Part shown: piece after piece, positions 29,170-38,562 of the stretch
How positions within the stretch are numbered: the first letter of the stretch is position 1
Layout: each line of letters opens with the position of its first letter
DNA from: an uncultured Pseudobdellovibrionaceae bacterium
Lineage (GTDB): Bacteria > Patescibacteriota > Minisyncoccia > Moranbacterales > GCA-2747515
DNA length: 64,000 bases
Assembly: GCA_964463705.1 (NCBI GenBank)
Contig: CAYXCH010000011.1
Location: forward strand, 3,473-67,472
Reading direction: 5' to 3'
The notes under the pieces: generated by a model
Seen by the model: only the letters and a program-made list of their open reading frames with translations
Told to the model about the DNA's origin: nothing
Databases searched by the model: none
Program-made: the position numbers and the translations under genes

Positions 29170-31230
29170 ATGACACTAACAGTTCAGACAGCGGATGCTC
29201 GTCGTCGCGCAAAGGTGCGAGCGGCATCGCAGCATATGGAAACAAAGGAGAAAACAAACTCTTCTCGCTCCTCATCTCGAACATCAACACGTCGCGGAGT
29301 ACGGCGTACCGCCACTACATCTCGTGTTAGCGCGACGGCGGCAAAGCAGTTGCGAGCGGCAGCGAAGCGCAATGTAACACGGGCGGCGCAAGTGACGCGT
29401 GGCGGAACGTCCGCTCATACTTCCCGATCCGATGCTCAATCACGGACGGTAAATTCACGGACGCAGAAAACCGCCTCTCGTACTACTCGTCGCGCACCGC
29501 GGGACATTACACATGTTCCGCAATCTCAGAAGCGCCCATCTGCTCGTGTTCCGCGAGTGGCAAACGATACGTTGCGTATCATTCCCATCGGTGGTAACGA
29601 GGAGGTGGGACGCAATATGGATATTGTAGAATATGGTGATGATATTGTGGTGATTGATATTGGAATGCAATTTCCGGAGGAGGATATGCCGGGAATTGAC
29701 TATATTGTTCCCAATGTCGATTATCTCAAAGACAAGGTGCAACATGTGCGAGCGGTTATCTTTACACACGGACACTTGGATCATATCGGCGCGGCGCCGA
29801 TTGTATTGGAGCAGTTGGGATACCCGCCGATTATTGCGCGGGATTTGACATTGGCGCTTATCAAAAAGAAGGTGGCGGACTATGATCCGGCGGCAGTCTC
29901 CCGTCTTAAAACGATTCCCGTTAAGGACATTGCGCGTCCGATTCGTCTCGGAAGCATGATTGCGCGATTCTTTGAGGTGGAGCATTCCATTATGGATTCC
30001 ATGGGAGTGGCGTTGGAAACACCGGCGGGGACAGTCATTCATATGGGAGATTGGATGGTTAATCATGATCCCGCCGAGGGTGGTGCGGTGACATACGAGC
30101 ATCTGCGCACCTTGCCATCGCCGCGAATTTTAATGTTGGAAAGCTTGGGATCAATCAAGAAGGAGACGCCATCGGAAAAAATTGTACAGGGTAATTTGGA
30201 GACCTTGATTGATAATGCCAAGGGGCGACTGATTATCGGGACGTTTGCATCACAGATCAAACGTATCAAATTGATTCTTCAGCATGCGCAGAAATTGGGC
30301 AAGAAAGTGGCGCTGGATGGATATAGTATGCGCACCAACATTGAAATTGCACAAGAACTGGGCTACCTAAACGTTCGTAAGGATTTGCTAATTCCCATAA
30401 CGGATGTGGATAAGTATCCGGATCATAAGGTGATTATTATTTGTACCGGCGCACAGGGAGAGAGCAATGCGGCATTAAATCGTATTGTGACGGATAATCA
30501 TCGCAGCATCAAATTGAAAAAGACCGACACGATTGTGTTTTCCTCTTCGGTAATTCCCGGAAACGAGCGAACCGTTCAACGGCTGAAAGACAATCTCTAC
30601 CGGAAGTGTGATAACGTGATTCATAGTGATATCATGGATATTCACATGGGAGGTCATGCCGCCGCCGGAGATATCCAAGACGTATTGGAGATGGTACAGC
30701 CGACATATTTTGTACCGATTTATGCCAATCACTTCTTTCTCGTGGAAGCAAAGAAGCGGGCGGTGGAGATCGGGTTTCCGGAGCAAAATGTATTTGTGCT
30801 GGACAACGGTCAGGTGCTGGATATTCCGCGTGAAGGAATGCCGCAGGTACGCAAAGAGCGAGCGGACGCCAGCTACGTGTTTATTGACGGGCTCGGTGTC
30901 GGCGATATCGGACACGTAGTATTGCGTGATCGCAAAGAGTTGGCTAATGACGGAATGTTTGTCATTACCGTTATTATTGACGGTAAAACGAAACGTGTAG
31001 TGGGGAACATGCAGGTAACATCACGAGGATTTATCTTTGTAAAGGATAACTTTGATCTGGTCAATGAAACAAAGCGACGGGTACGTGATATTATCAAGAA
31101 GAATACCAGTCGTGATATGAAGATGGATTATAAGGTGTTGGAAAATGAAATTCGCGACAAAGTGGGTGAATTTCTTTTCCAAAAAACACAGCGTCGTCCA
31201 ATGGTGTTGCCGGTTGTGGTGGAAGTGTAA
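29170..31230 (+). CDS. rnj: ribonuclease J with long basic N-terminal extension
   Basis: IPIGGNEEVGRNM, THGHLDHIG, TGAQGE, HMGGHA and RRPMVLPVVVEV motifs. Confidence 0.96.
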   Translation: MTLTVQTADARRRAKVRAASQHMETKEKTNSSRSSSRTSTRRGVRRTATTSRVSATAAKQLRAAAKRNVTRAAQVTRGGTSAHTSRSDAQSRTVNSRTQKTASRTTRRAPRDITHVPQSQKRPSARVPRVANDTLRIIPIGGNEEVGRNMDIVEYGDDIVVIDIGMQFPEEDMPGIDYIVPNVDYLKDKVQHVRAVIFTHGHLDHIGAAPIVLEQLGYPPIIARDLTLALIKKKVADYDPAAVSRLKTIPVKDIARPIRLGSMIARFFEVEHSIMDSMGVALETPAGTVIHMGDWMVNHDPAEGGAVTYEHLRTLPSPRILMLESLGSIKKETPSEKIVQGNLETLIDNAKGRLIIGTFASQIKRIKLILQHAQKLGKKVALDGYSMRTNIEIAQELGYLNVRKDLLIPITDVDKYPDHKVIIICTGAQGESNAALNRIVTDNHRSIKLKKTDTIVFSSSVIPGNERTVQRLKDNLYRKCDNVIHSDIMDIHMGGHAAAGDIQDVLEMVQPTYFVPIYANHFFLVEAKKRAVEIGFPEQNVFVLDNGQVLDIPREGMPQVRKERADASYVFIDGLGVGDIGHVVLRDRKELANDGMFVITVIIDGKTKRVVGNMQVTSRGFIFVKDNFDLVNETKRRVRDIIKKNTSRDMKMDYKVLENEIRDKVGEFLFQKTQRRPMVLPVVVEV

Positions 31231-31297
31231 GTGATACATTCGGCACCGCATTCCATCTTTATGGTATAATGGGCATATCCTCAAATGTCTAACCGAT

Positions 31298-32299
31298 ATG
31301 GATATGTCAATACGGGCGGATTCACAACGACTCTTTAGCGGAATCCAGCCGACGGGGACGATTCACTTGGGAAATTATCTGGGTGCGATTACACAGTGGG
31401 TGGCGTTGCAGGAGACGCATGATGCATTGTATTGTGTAGTAGACCTACATGCCATTACCGTTCCGCAAGATCCGGATGCGTTGCAACGGGCGATTTTGGA
31501 CACGGCAAAGTGGTATATCGCCGCCGGTGTAAATCCGGAGCAATCCACGATTTTTGTGCAATCGGATGTTTCCGCTCATGCAGAGCTTGGGTGGATACTC
31601 AATACGATAGCGCGGATGGGTGATATGGAGAAGATGACGCAATTCAAGGATAAAAGCGCCCGTGGCGGAGTGGAACGTAGCAGTGTGGGGCTGTTTGATT
31701 ATCCCGTACTGATGGCGGCGGACATCCTCTTATATGACACATACAGTGTACCGGTGGGAGAAGATCAGGTACAGCATGTGGAATTGACGCGCACCCTGGC
31801 ACGGCGATTTAATCGGCGGTTCGGAGAAATATTTACCATTCCGCGCGCTCGGCTTTCTCAACATGGGGTGCGTATTATGGGATTGGATAATCCGACGAAG
31901 AAAATGTCAAAAAGCGCTCAGAGTGCGTATAACTATATTTTATTGTCGGATGATGTAGATACCGTTGCCAAGAAAGTGCGCAAGGCGGTGACGGATAGCG
32001 GAAGCGAAATTGTGTATCGTGATGATAGGCCGGCAATAAAAAATCTTCTCAATATTTATCACCTTGTTAGCGGAATACCGATTGCAACGCTGGAAGAGCG
32101 CTATGCGGGGGCGGGATACGGAGCGTTTAAGGCGGATGTGGCGGCGGCGATTAGTGCACATCTTGCACCGATTCAGGAACGCTATGCGGCATTGACAGAT
32201 ACAACAGTTCGGGAAATATTGACTCGTGGCGCCGAGCGCGCCCGCACCATTGCCGACAAGAAACTCACTGTCGTTAAATCCGCGATGGGGTTGGGGTAA
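31298..32299 (+). CDS. trpS: tryptophanyl-tRNA synthetase
   Basis: SGIQPTG..HLGN, YPVLMAADIL, VPVGEDQ and KMSKS motifs. Confidence 0.98.
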   Translation: MDMSIRADSQRLFSGIQPTGTIHLGNYLGAITQWVALQETHDALYCVVDLHAITVPQDPDALQRAILDTAKWYIAAGVNPEQSTIFVQSDVSAHAELGWILNTIARMGDMEKMTQFKDKSARGGVERSSVGLFDYPVLMAADILLYDTYSVPVGEDQVQHVELTRTLARRFNRRFGEIFTIPRARLSQHGVRIMGLDNPTKKMSKSAQSAYNYILLSDDVDTVAKKVRKAVTDSGSEIVYRDDRPAIKNLLNIYHLVSGIPIATLEERYAGAGYGAFKADVAAAISAHLAPIQERYAALTDTTVREILTRGAERARTIADKKLTVVKSAMGLG

Positions 32300-32308
32300 T
32301 TAAAAAAT

Positions 32309-33586
32309 ATGATTACATTTCAGAATCGTACAACATTTGATTATTCCGACATACTCTCTGATGTATATCGTGTAGCGCAGCAGATAGAGGATGAAAGCGG
32401 TATAGGAGGTGAATATCTGGGTTGGCGCACATATCCGCAGCGATATAGAAAGACAGATGAATATCGTAAAATCAATACAGTTGCACGGGAGATTAATCAG
32501 GCGGCGGATGCCTTTGTTGTTATCGGCGTCGGTGGCTCATATCTGGGTGCGCGGGCGGTTATTAGCGCATTAACTCATACATATGCCAATGAGTGTACGG
32601 ATATATTCACTCCCTCTATTTATTATGCGGGGAAAGATCTTAGTGCAGCGGCACTCTCAGATCTTTTAGATGTTTTACAGTCTAAAAAGAGCATTTATCT
32701 TAATGTAATTTCTAAATCCGGCACGACGCTGGAAACATCAATTGCTTTTCGCGTTCTGAGAGACTTCCTTGAGAAGCGGTATGCTGCAGATGATGTGCGT
32801 AAACGAATTATTGTAACAACTGACGGAGCAAGCGGTGCGCTTTATGATGAGGCAAGAAAAAACGGCTACCGTCGTTTTATCATTCCCGATAATATTGGCG
32901 GGAGGTATAGTGTGTTGACTGCTGTCGGTTTGCTTCCAATTGCCGTTGCCGGTATATCCATTGATGCACTCATAGATGGTGCATGTGCACAGCGTGAGGA
33001 ATGTATTAAAGACTTTACTGAAAATAATTGCTTGCAGTATGCCGCTGCGCGAACAATGGTGTATCGTAAGGGTGTGGCCGTGGATGTTTTTGCGATATAC
33101 GAGCCAAAGCTCAAGTATTTTGCTGAATGGTGGAAGCAGCTTTTTGGGGAATCAGAGGGCAAGGAGCATAAAGGATTATTTCCAACATCATTACTATGTA
33201 CTACGGATCTCCACTCTCTTGGACAGTATATGCAAGAGGGAGCGAGAATCATGTGTGAGACAGTTTTGGGAGTGGAAGGTGATAATTGTTCGCTACATAT
33301 ACCAAAAAGTGACAGTAATTCGGATGGTGTTGATGATTTGGTCAATCTCTCACTTGAAGAGATAAATAACAGCGCTCAGAGAGCGACGATTGCTGCCCAT
33401 CAGGAGGGTGGTGTCCCGGTTTTGCAATTATCAATGAATAGTCTCTCTGCATATAACATTGGGGCCGCAATATACTTTTTTGAATATGCTTGTGCGGTAA
33501 GTGCATATCTTTTGGGTGTTAATCCATTTGATCAGCCCGGTGTAGAGGTGTATAAGAAAAAAATGCGAACCCTATTATTTAATTGA
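32309..33586 (+). CDS. pgi: glucose-6-phosphate isomerase
   Basis: GVGGSYLG, SKSGTTLET, GGRYSV, QLFGESEGK and NPFDQPGVEVYK motifs. Confidence 0.97.
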   Translation: MITFQNRTTFDYSDILSDVYRVAQQIEDESGIGGEYLGWRTYPQRYRKTDEYRKINTVAREINQAADAFVVIGVGGSYLGARAVISALTHTYANECTDIFTPSIYYAGKDLSAAALSDLLDVLQSKKSIYLNVISKSGTTLETSIAFRVLRDFLEKRYAADDVRKRIIVTTDGASGALYDEARKNGYRRFIIPDNIGGRYSVLTAVGLLPIAVAGISIDALIDGACAQREECIKDFTENNCLQYAAARTMVYRKGVAVDVFAIYEPKLKYFAEWWKQLFGESEGKEHKGLFPTSLLCTTDLHSLGQYMQEGARIMCETVLGVEGDNCSLHIPKSDSNSDGVDDLVNLSLEEINNSAQRATIAAHQEGGVPVLQLSMNSLSAYNIGAAIYFFEYACAVSAYLLGVNPFDQPGVEVYKKKMRTLLFN

Positions 33587-33636
33587 TTATTATGCTATAA
33601 TGATAAAGAAGGTGTAATTCTTTAAGCAATGATTTT

Positions 33637-34338
33637 ATGTTTGAGTCTTATAACAACAATGATAACAACAATGATAACAACAATGAAAGTCATGAACATC
33701 TCCCGGTAGTTGAGGGGCAGTATGTCGTGTCTATCGGCGATCTTCCTCCGGAGGTGCGAGAGGCGGTGGAGTCTGTTGGTGACGCGTTGATCGGTGCGCT
33801 TGAACGTGTTCGAGAAGGGAATGGAACAGTTAACGATATACCGGAGATTATAAAGGAAGAGATTGCGAAAATAAATGACGTGCAGACTGAGGAAGATCCA
33901 TATGGTAATCCGATTGTGAAAGTTGGGGGCGATCGTGTTTCAACACATATAGTCTTTGTCACACGTGATGGAAAGGCACTCTTTGTTAAGCGATCTGATA
34001 TTACAGGAGCGCGTGTTGATAACTTGGCAGATATTGATACAATTGGTGCGGTATCTGCCAATTGTAGTTCATTACCTCTAAAAACCCCTGATGCAGTCAG
34101 AAAATCAACCATTTCAGATGTTTCTGCAATGGATCAAGTAGCTGTTGAAGAGATTAGTGGTGATAGTAATAACAACAGAGCATATATGTACGGTGCTATT
34201 GTTCTTGTTAATGCAGACCCGCGTGGTGTTGTTAATGATGATCCTGTAGTCCTTATTGATCCGAACAATTTTCCCGATTCTAATGTTAAGATGACATCAA
34301 AGGCGGCAGCAGCTCTTCAATCTCTTCGACATGAATAG
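33637..34338 (+). CDS. hypothetical acidic protein with N-terminal Asn repeat; possible degenerate NUDIX fold
   Basis: HIVFVTRDGKALFVKRS resembles the first NUDIX strands, but no Nudix box is present. Confidence 0.6.
   Translation: MFESYNNNDNNNDNNNESHEHLPVVEGQYVVSIGDLPPEVREAVESVGDALIGALERVREGNGTVNDIPEIIKEEIAKINDVQTEEDPYGNPIVKVGGDRVSTHIVFVTRDGKALFVKRSDITGARVDNLADIDTIGAVSANCSSLPLKTPDAVRKSTISDVSAMDQVAVEEISGDSNNNRAYMYGAIVLVNADPRGVVNDDPVVLIDPNNFPDSNVKMTSKAAAALQSLRHE
33650..33685 (+). repeat. 12-bp tandem repeat x3 (ATAACAACAATG), in frame
   Basis: Three exact copies encoding NNND/NNNE. Confidence 0.95.
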
Positions 34339-34356
34339 AACTGTTGTATAAATTTA

Positions 34357-34388
34357 ATAAAAACCGTGGTGTTCACCACGGTTTTTAT
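34357..34388. terminator. bidirectional intrinsic terminator
   Basis: Perfect inverted repeat ATAAAAACCGTGGTG-TT-CACCACGGTTTTTAT between convergent genes. Confidence 0.9.
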
Positions 34389-35113
34389 TTTTTCAAATAT
34401 TGAGAAATCGTTGGGTGAAGACCGTAATCCTGAAAAGAAATATATCCTTGCTGCCCGGAAAAGAACCCGGTAATATTGCCGTTATTGTATGTGCATACAA
34501 CAATTCCGCTATGCGCTCCGAGGTACCATTCTTCATGAGATATTACAGAGAAATCTCGTAATGAAGAAATATCCCATAGAAATACTTTCTCGTAAGACCC
34601 AACTTGGTCATTGAAGACATTGCCGATAGTTGTAATCGTACCGATTTCCCGAACTCTCTTGACGGAAAATCCCAGCGCACTGATGGGATTTACCTTTTCC
34701 TGTGTATTTGGTGGAACATAGCGTACTGACTGATCTAAGCTGAAGATAAAGATTTCTTCAAGAAGTTCACGCTCTGCCGTGCGTGATAAATCGCTATATT
34801 CTACATACTCAGCGATACCGGCAGCGGCGGGCTTAAACCAATGATCGCGCTCATCAGGAACGACAAGCGTTCCATGACAAGTATTTATCAACACAGATGA
34901 TCCGCCATAATAAAGTCGACTTTCTTGTGTGATGTTTTTGAATTCAAATGCTCGAATGTCCTTGGCACGGATGGCTATATCTCTAACGTGATGTGCCACA
35001 TCATTATCTGCACGAAAAAACAACGGAGCAACGCTATCGTCCTGCATATTGGGTTGACAAGAGAATTGTGCAATGAACTCCTGGGATTTGCTTGGAAGCT
35101 CTGTTGACAGCAT
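34385..35113 (-). CDS. NUDIX-superfamily-like protein
   Basis: AAGIAEYVEYSDLSRTAERELLEEI resembles a Nudix box with altered spacing. Confidence 0.6.
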   Translation of the reverse strand: MLSTELPSKSQEFIAQFSCQPNMQDDSVAPLFFRADNDVAHHVRDIAIRAKDIRAFEFKNITQESRLYYGGSSVLINTCHGTLVVPDERDHWFKPAAAGIAEYVEYSDLSRTAERELLEEIFIFSLDQSVRYVPPNTQEKVNPISALGFSVKRVREIGTITTIGNVFNDQVGSYEKVFLWDISSLRDFSVISHEEWYLGAHSGIVVCTYNNGNITGFFSGQQGYISFQDYGLHPTISQYLKK

Positions 35114-35274
35114 AATAGTTTTTCAACATTTATATTATCACACTAACAGTATATCCGCTTTTTTACAATAAAAAGAAGTTGTCAATTGTATTATCATACA
35201 CTATCATACTAATGATTGACCTTATTCTATGATGAGGTATGATGGGAAGTAAGTATAATTTCTGAAATATAAAT

Positions 35275-36060
35275 ATGATTACACGTGAACGTCTTACAAT
35301 TACACTGCGTAAAGATTTATTGCGCTGTATTGATGATAATATTGATGGGAAGACTATTCGTAATCGTTCCCATGCTATTGAAAAAGTTCTTATTGAAAAA
35401 TTTGGTGATGCTTTTCTTAAGACGGCAATTATTCTTGGCGGGGGAAAGGGAATTACCATTGATGGAGTGCCGACATCTCCTCTTTGCGTCAACGTTGATG
35501 GCATTCCTCTGGTAGAACGACATATCTCTCTTTTAAAGGATGTTGGTGTTACAACCGTTATCCTTGCCGTGGGAGACTTTGGCGGTCCGGTCCGAAAAAT
35601 TGTTGGAGATGGATCACGTTATAATATTCGCGTTGTCTATGTAGAACATGATCACGGAACAGCCGGTGTTTTACGGCAGATGCGAAGCCTGCTATCAGAG
35701 CCATTTATTATGTTTAATGGACATATTGTGGTGCAGGATGTTGATTTATTGGATATGTTGGCACTTCACCGCACCACGCATGCCTTGGGAACTATAGCGG
35801 TTACGACAATTTCAGATCCGGAGTCTTATGGCATTGTTCGTCTGCGGGGAGTGAGGATTGTGGAGTTCTTAAGTGGTGATAGATCTTCCACCTCTTCACA
35901 CCTTATCAATGCCGGGATGTATATTCTAGACCCATCAGTGTGTACAATGGTTCGCCCGGGCGAAGAATCCTTGGAACATGATATTTTTCCACAGATTATC
36001 GCACAGCGGAAACTGTATGGATATATGTTGGATGTTCCGTGGAAACGAATAAAAGCATAA
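35275..36060 (+). CDS. ribbon-helix-helix (CopG/NikR-like) domain fused to a sugar-phosphate nucleotidyltransferase-like domain
   Basis: RERLTITLRKDLLRCID..RNRSHAIE followed by AIILGGGKG, GDGSRYNIRVVY, GTAG, YGIV and INAGMYIL. Confidence 0.8.
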   Translation: MITRERLTITLRKDLLRCIDDNIDGKTIRNRSHAIEKVLIEKFGDAFLKTAIILGGGKGITIDGVPTSPLCVNVDGIPLVERHISLLKDVGVTTVILAVGDFGGPVRKIVGDGSRYNIRVVYVEHDHGTAGVLRQMRSLLSEPFIMFNGHIVVQDVDLLDMLALHRTTHALGTIAVTTISDPESYGIVRLRGVRIVEFLSGDRSSTSSHLINAGMYILDPSVCTMVRPGEESLEHDIFPQIIAQRKLYGYMLDVPWKRIKA

Positions 36061-36073
36061 TAAACTATTTTAT

Positions 36074-37168
36074 ATGAAAGCTGTAATTATGGCCGGTGGA
36101 CGCGGGACGCGATTGTGGCCATTGAGTAGACAAAGGAAACCAAAACAGTTTCAGTGTTTGGCGTCAGACAAGACGATGCTTCAAGACACGGTTGATCGTT
36201 TAAGTGGACTGTTTTCCAAAGAAGATATCTATATCTCAACAAACAACGAGTATGTAGATGAGGTAAGGAAAGAGCTTCCGGAAATTTCTGAAAGACAAAT
36301 TATCTCCGAGCCGGAGTCGCGCGGTACAGCAAGTAGCGTTGCTCTCGCTCTTGCAACAATTTCCGTGCATGATCCACGATCTGTTGTTGCATTTTTTCCT
36401 TCTGATCACATTGTTAAAAAACCCGACGTTCTATTGCGTGCAATTAGTGTGGCGGAAGAGTATATCCGGGAGCATCCGCAAGCAATTATAACATTTGGAA
36501 TTGTGCCGGAATATCCGGAAACAGGGTATGGATATATTCATCGGATTGATCCAACACTAGAAGATGCTCGCCACGATGCTAAGAAGGGGATTTATGCGGT
36601 ATCACGTTTTGTGGAAAAGCCGGATGCGGAAACAGCACGGCAATATATTGCGGACGGGCACTATTTTTGGAATACCGCGATGTATCTGTTTCGTGCGGAT
36701 ATGATGGCAGAGAAGTTTAATCGTTTTCTTCCGGATACATTCAAGCGCATGTTGCGTCTGCGAGATGCGCTTGAATCTGATGATAAAGAGTTTCCCAATG
36801 TGCTGCTAAAAGAATATCCGCAAATGGATAAGATAAACTTTGAGTACGCCATCGTAGAAAATGATACTCCTAATGTGGCGGTTATGCCGCTTGACATTGG
36901 ATGGAGCGATGTTGGGTCATGGGCATCGCTAAAGGATACGGTAATGGGGAAGACAGTCAAACATTTTGTTAAAGGGGAACATGTTGATTTTGAAAGTGAG
37001 AATTTGCTGGTCTACGGATCGGATAAGCTTATTGTGACTGTGGGGCTAAAGGATTTGGTTATTGTAGATACAGAAGATGCAATATTAATCTGTGATCGCA
37101 ATAAATCTCAATCGGTTTCCAATGTTGTTGCGACACTGGAAAAAACCAATCGTAAGAATAAAGTATAA
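36074..37168 (+). CDS. manC: mannose-1-phosphate guanylyltransferase (no cupin isomerase domain)
   Basis: MAGGRGTRLWPLSR..PKQF, PETGYGYI, FVEKP and GWSDVGSW motifs. Confidence 0.95.
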   Translation: MKAVIMAGGRGTRLWPLSRQRKPKQFQCLASDKTMLQDTVDRLSGLFSKEDIYISTNNEYVDEVRKELPEISERQIISEPESRGTASSVALALATISVHDPRSVVAFFPSDHIVKKPDVLLRAISVAEEYIREHPQAIITFGIVPEYPETGYGYIHRIDPTLEDARHDAKKGIYAVSRFVEKPDAETARQYIADGHYFWNTAMYLFRADMMAEKFNRFLPDTFKRMLRLRDALESDDKEFPNVLLKEYPQMDKINFEYAIVENDTPNVAVMPLDIGWSDVGSWASLKDTVMGKTVKHFVKGEHVDFESENLLVYGSDKLIVTVGLKDLVIVDTEDAILICDRNKSQSVSNVVATLEKTNRKNKV

Positions 37169-37172
37169 TCAT

Positions 37173-38507
37173 ATGGAGCGTAATGTGGAGTATCTTGACG
37201 GATCGTTGGAATCATTTGTTGATCGCATTTGTGCAGATCAGCGCCCGGTACATATTGTCGTTGTTGGTACGAAGCCGGATTTGATTAAGCAGGCGCCAAT
37301 TTTGCGCGAACTTCTTTCTCGCGGAGAGAAGGCTGTTCTTTTACATACCGGACAGCACTATGATGAAAATTTATCCGGTGGAATTCAACGAGAGTTCGGT
37401 CTAACGGTTGATGTCAATCTTGGAGTCTCCGGTGGAACTCTTTCGGACAATATTGCCAAAATTGTTTCTCGGAGTGGAAAGATTTTTTCTGCTATTCGTT
37501 CCAAGGATCCAATGATAAAAATTTTGCCATATACACATGGTGATACAACAACATGTTTTGCGGTAACAACGGCGGCGTTTGCACACGGAATTGCCGTTGC
37601 GCACGTTGAAGCGGGAATTCGCACTCTTATGCTTAAAAAGTCGGCGGTACATAATCTTGAAAAGGGAGAAAGGATTACGGATTTTTTGTCATGGTTTAAT
37701 CTATCTTCAAATCCGGAACAGTATACGTATGGGTCACATGAACCCTATCCCGAGCAATGGAACACTCGAGCAACAGACGCCGGCTCAGGTTTATTTTTTG
37801 CGCCGGTGAAAATGGTGGAAGAAAGCTTAATTCGTGAAGGGTATCCGACATCTCGCATTCATACAGTTGGCAATACGGTGGTCGATGCGGCAGACTTTGC
37901 GGGGGAAATTACATCTGATATTTTTGATCGCTATCCGCAACTTGCGGATGGGTTTGTCCGCGTATGTGTGCATCGTCGGGAGAATACAGAGTCACGTCAG
38001 CGATTTACGGCACTATTTGAGCTGGTGGAAATTCTTGCGGAGGAATCTCCAAAGCCGATACTATGGATCCTTTTGCCCGGTACAAAGAGTGCGATTCAGC
38101 GTCATGGACTAACGGAGCGATTAACGGCGTTAAAATCTAACGAAAATGTTATCGTTTCTGATGTATGGCCAAAATATTCTGATGTTATTGCCGCAATGAA
38201 GCGTTGCACACTTTGCGCAACGGATTCCGGATCTATGCAAGAGGAGATGAATCTTTTAAAGATACCGACCGCAACATTACGCTATGGTTCTGATCGTCCG
38301 GAAACATTCTTTGCTCGATCAAATGTGGTGTGTCCACCGATTAGTGGACGAGTTTGTGCCGATATTTGTCTTGGTGCGTTAAGAAACGCAGAAGTATTTA
38401 AATTTCCACAACTCTACGGGGAAAATGTTGCAAAAAAGATCGCTGACATATCCATTCGTTCCCTGGAAGAGTCAGAAACACTTGTGCGATTATTGCCTGC
38501 GGAATAG
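37173..38507 (+). CDS. wecB: UDP-N-acetylglucosamine 2-epimerase family protein
   Basis: VGTKPDLIK, HTGQHYD, HGDT, HVEAGIR, HRREN and TDSGSMQEE motifs. Confidence 0.88.
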   Translation: MERNVEYLDGSLESFVDRICADQRPVHIVVVGTKPDLIKQAPILRELLSRGEKAVLLHTGQHYDENLSGGIQREFGLTVDVNLGVSGGTLSDNIAKIVSRSGKIFSAIRSKDPMIKILPYTHGDTTTCFAVTTAAFAHGIAVAHVEAGIRTLMLKKSAVHNLEKGERITDFLSWFNLSSNPEQYTYGSHEPYPEQWNTRATDAGSGLFFAPVKMVEESLIREGYPTSRIHTVGNTVVDAADFAGEITSDIFDRYPQLADGFVRVCVHRRENTESRQRFTALFELVEILAEESPKPILWILLPGTKSAIQRHGLTERLTALKSNENVIVSDVWPKYSDVIAAMKRCTLCATDSGSMQEEMNLLKIPTATLRYGSDRPETFFARSNVVCPPISGRVCADICLGALRNAEVFKFPQLYGENVAKKIADISIRSLEESETLVRLLPAE

Positions 38508-38562
38508 AGCTTCATCAAAGCGCCATCATCGTATTTTAATATGATGATGGCGCTTTTTGTAT

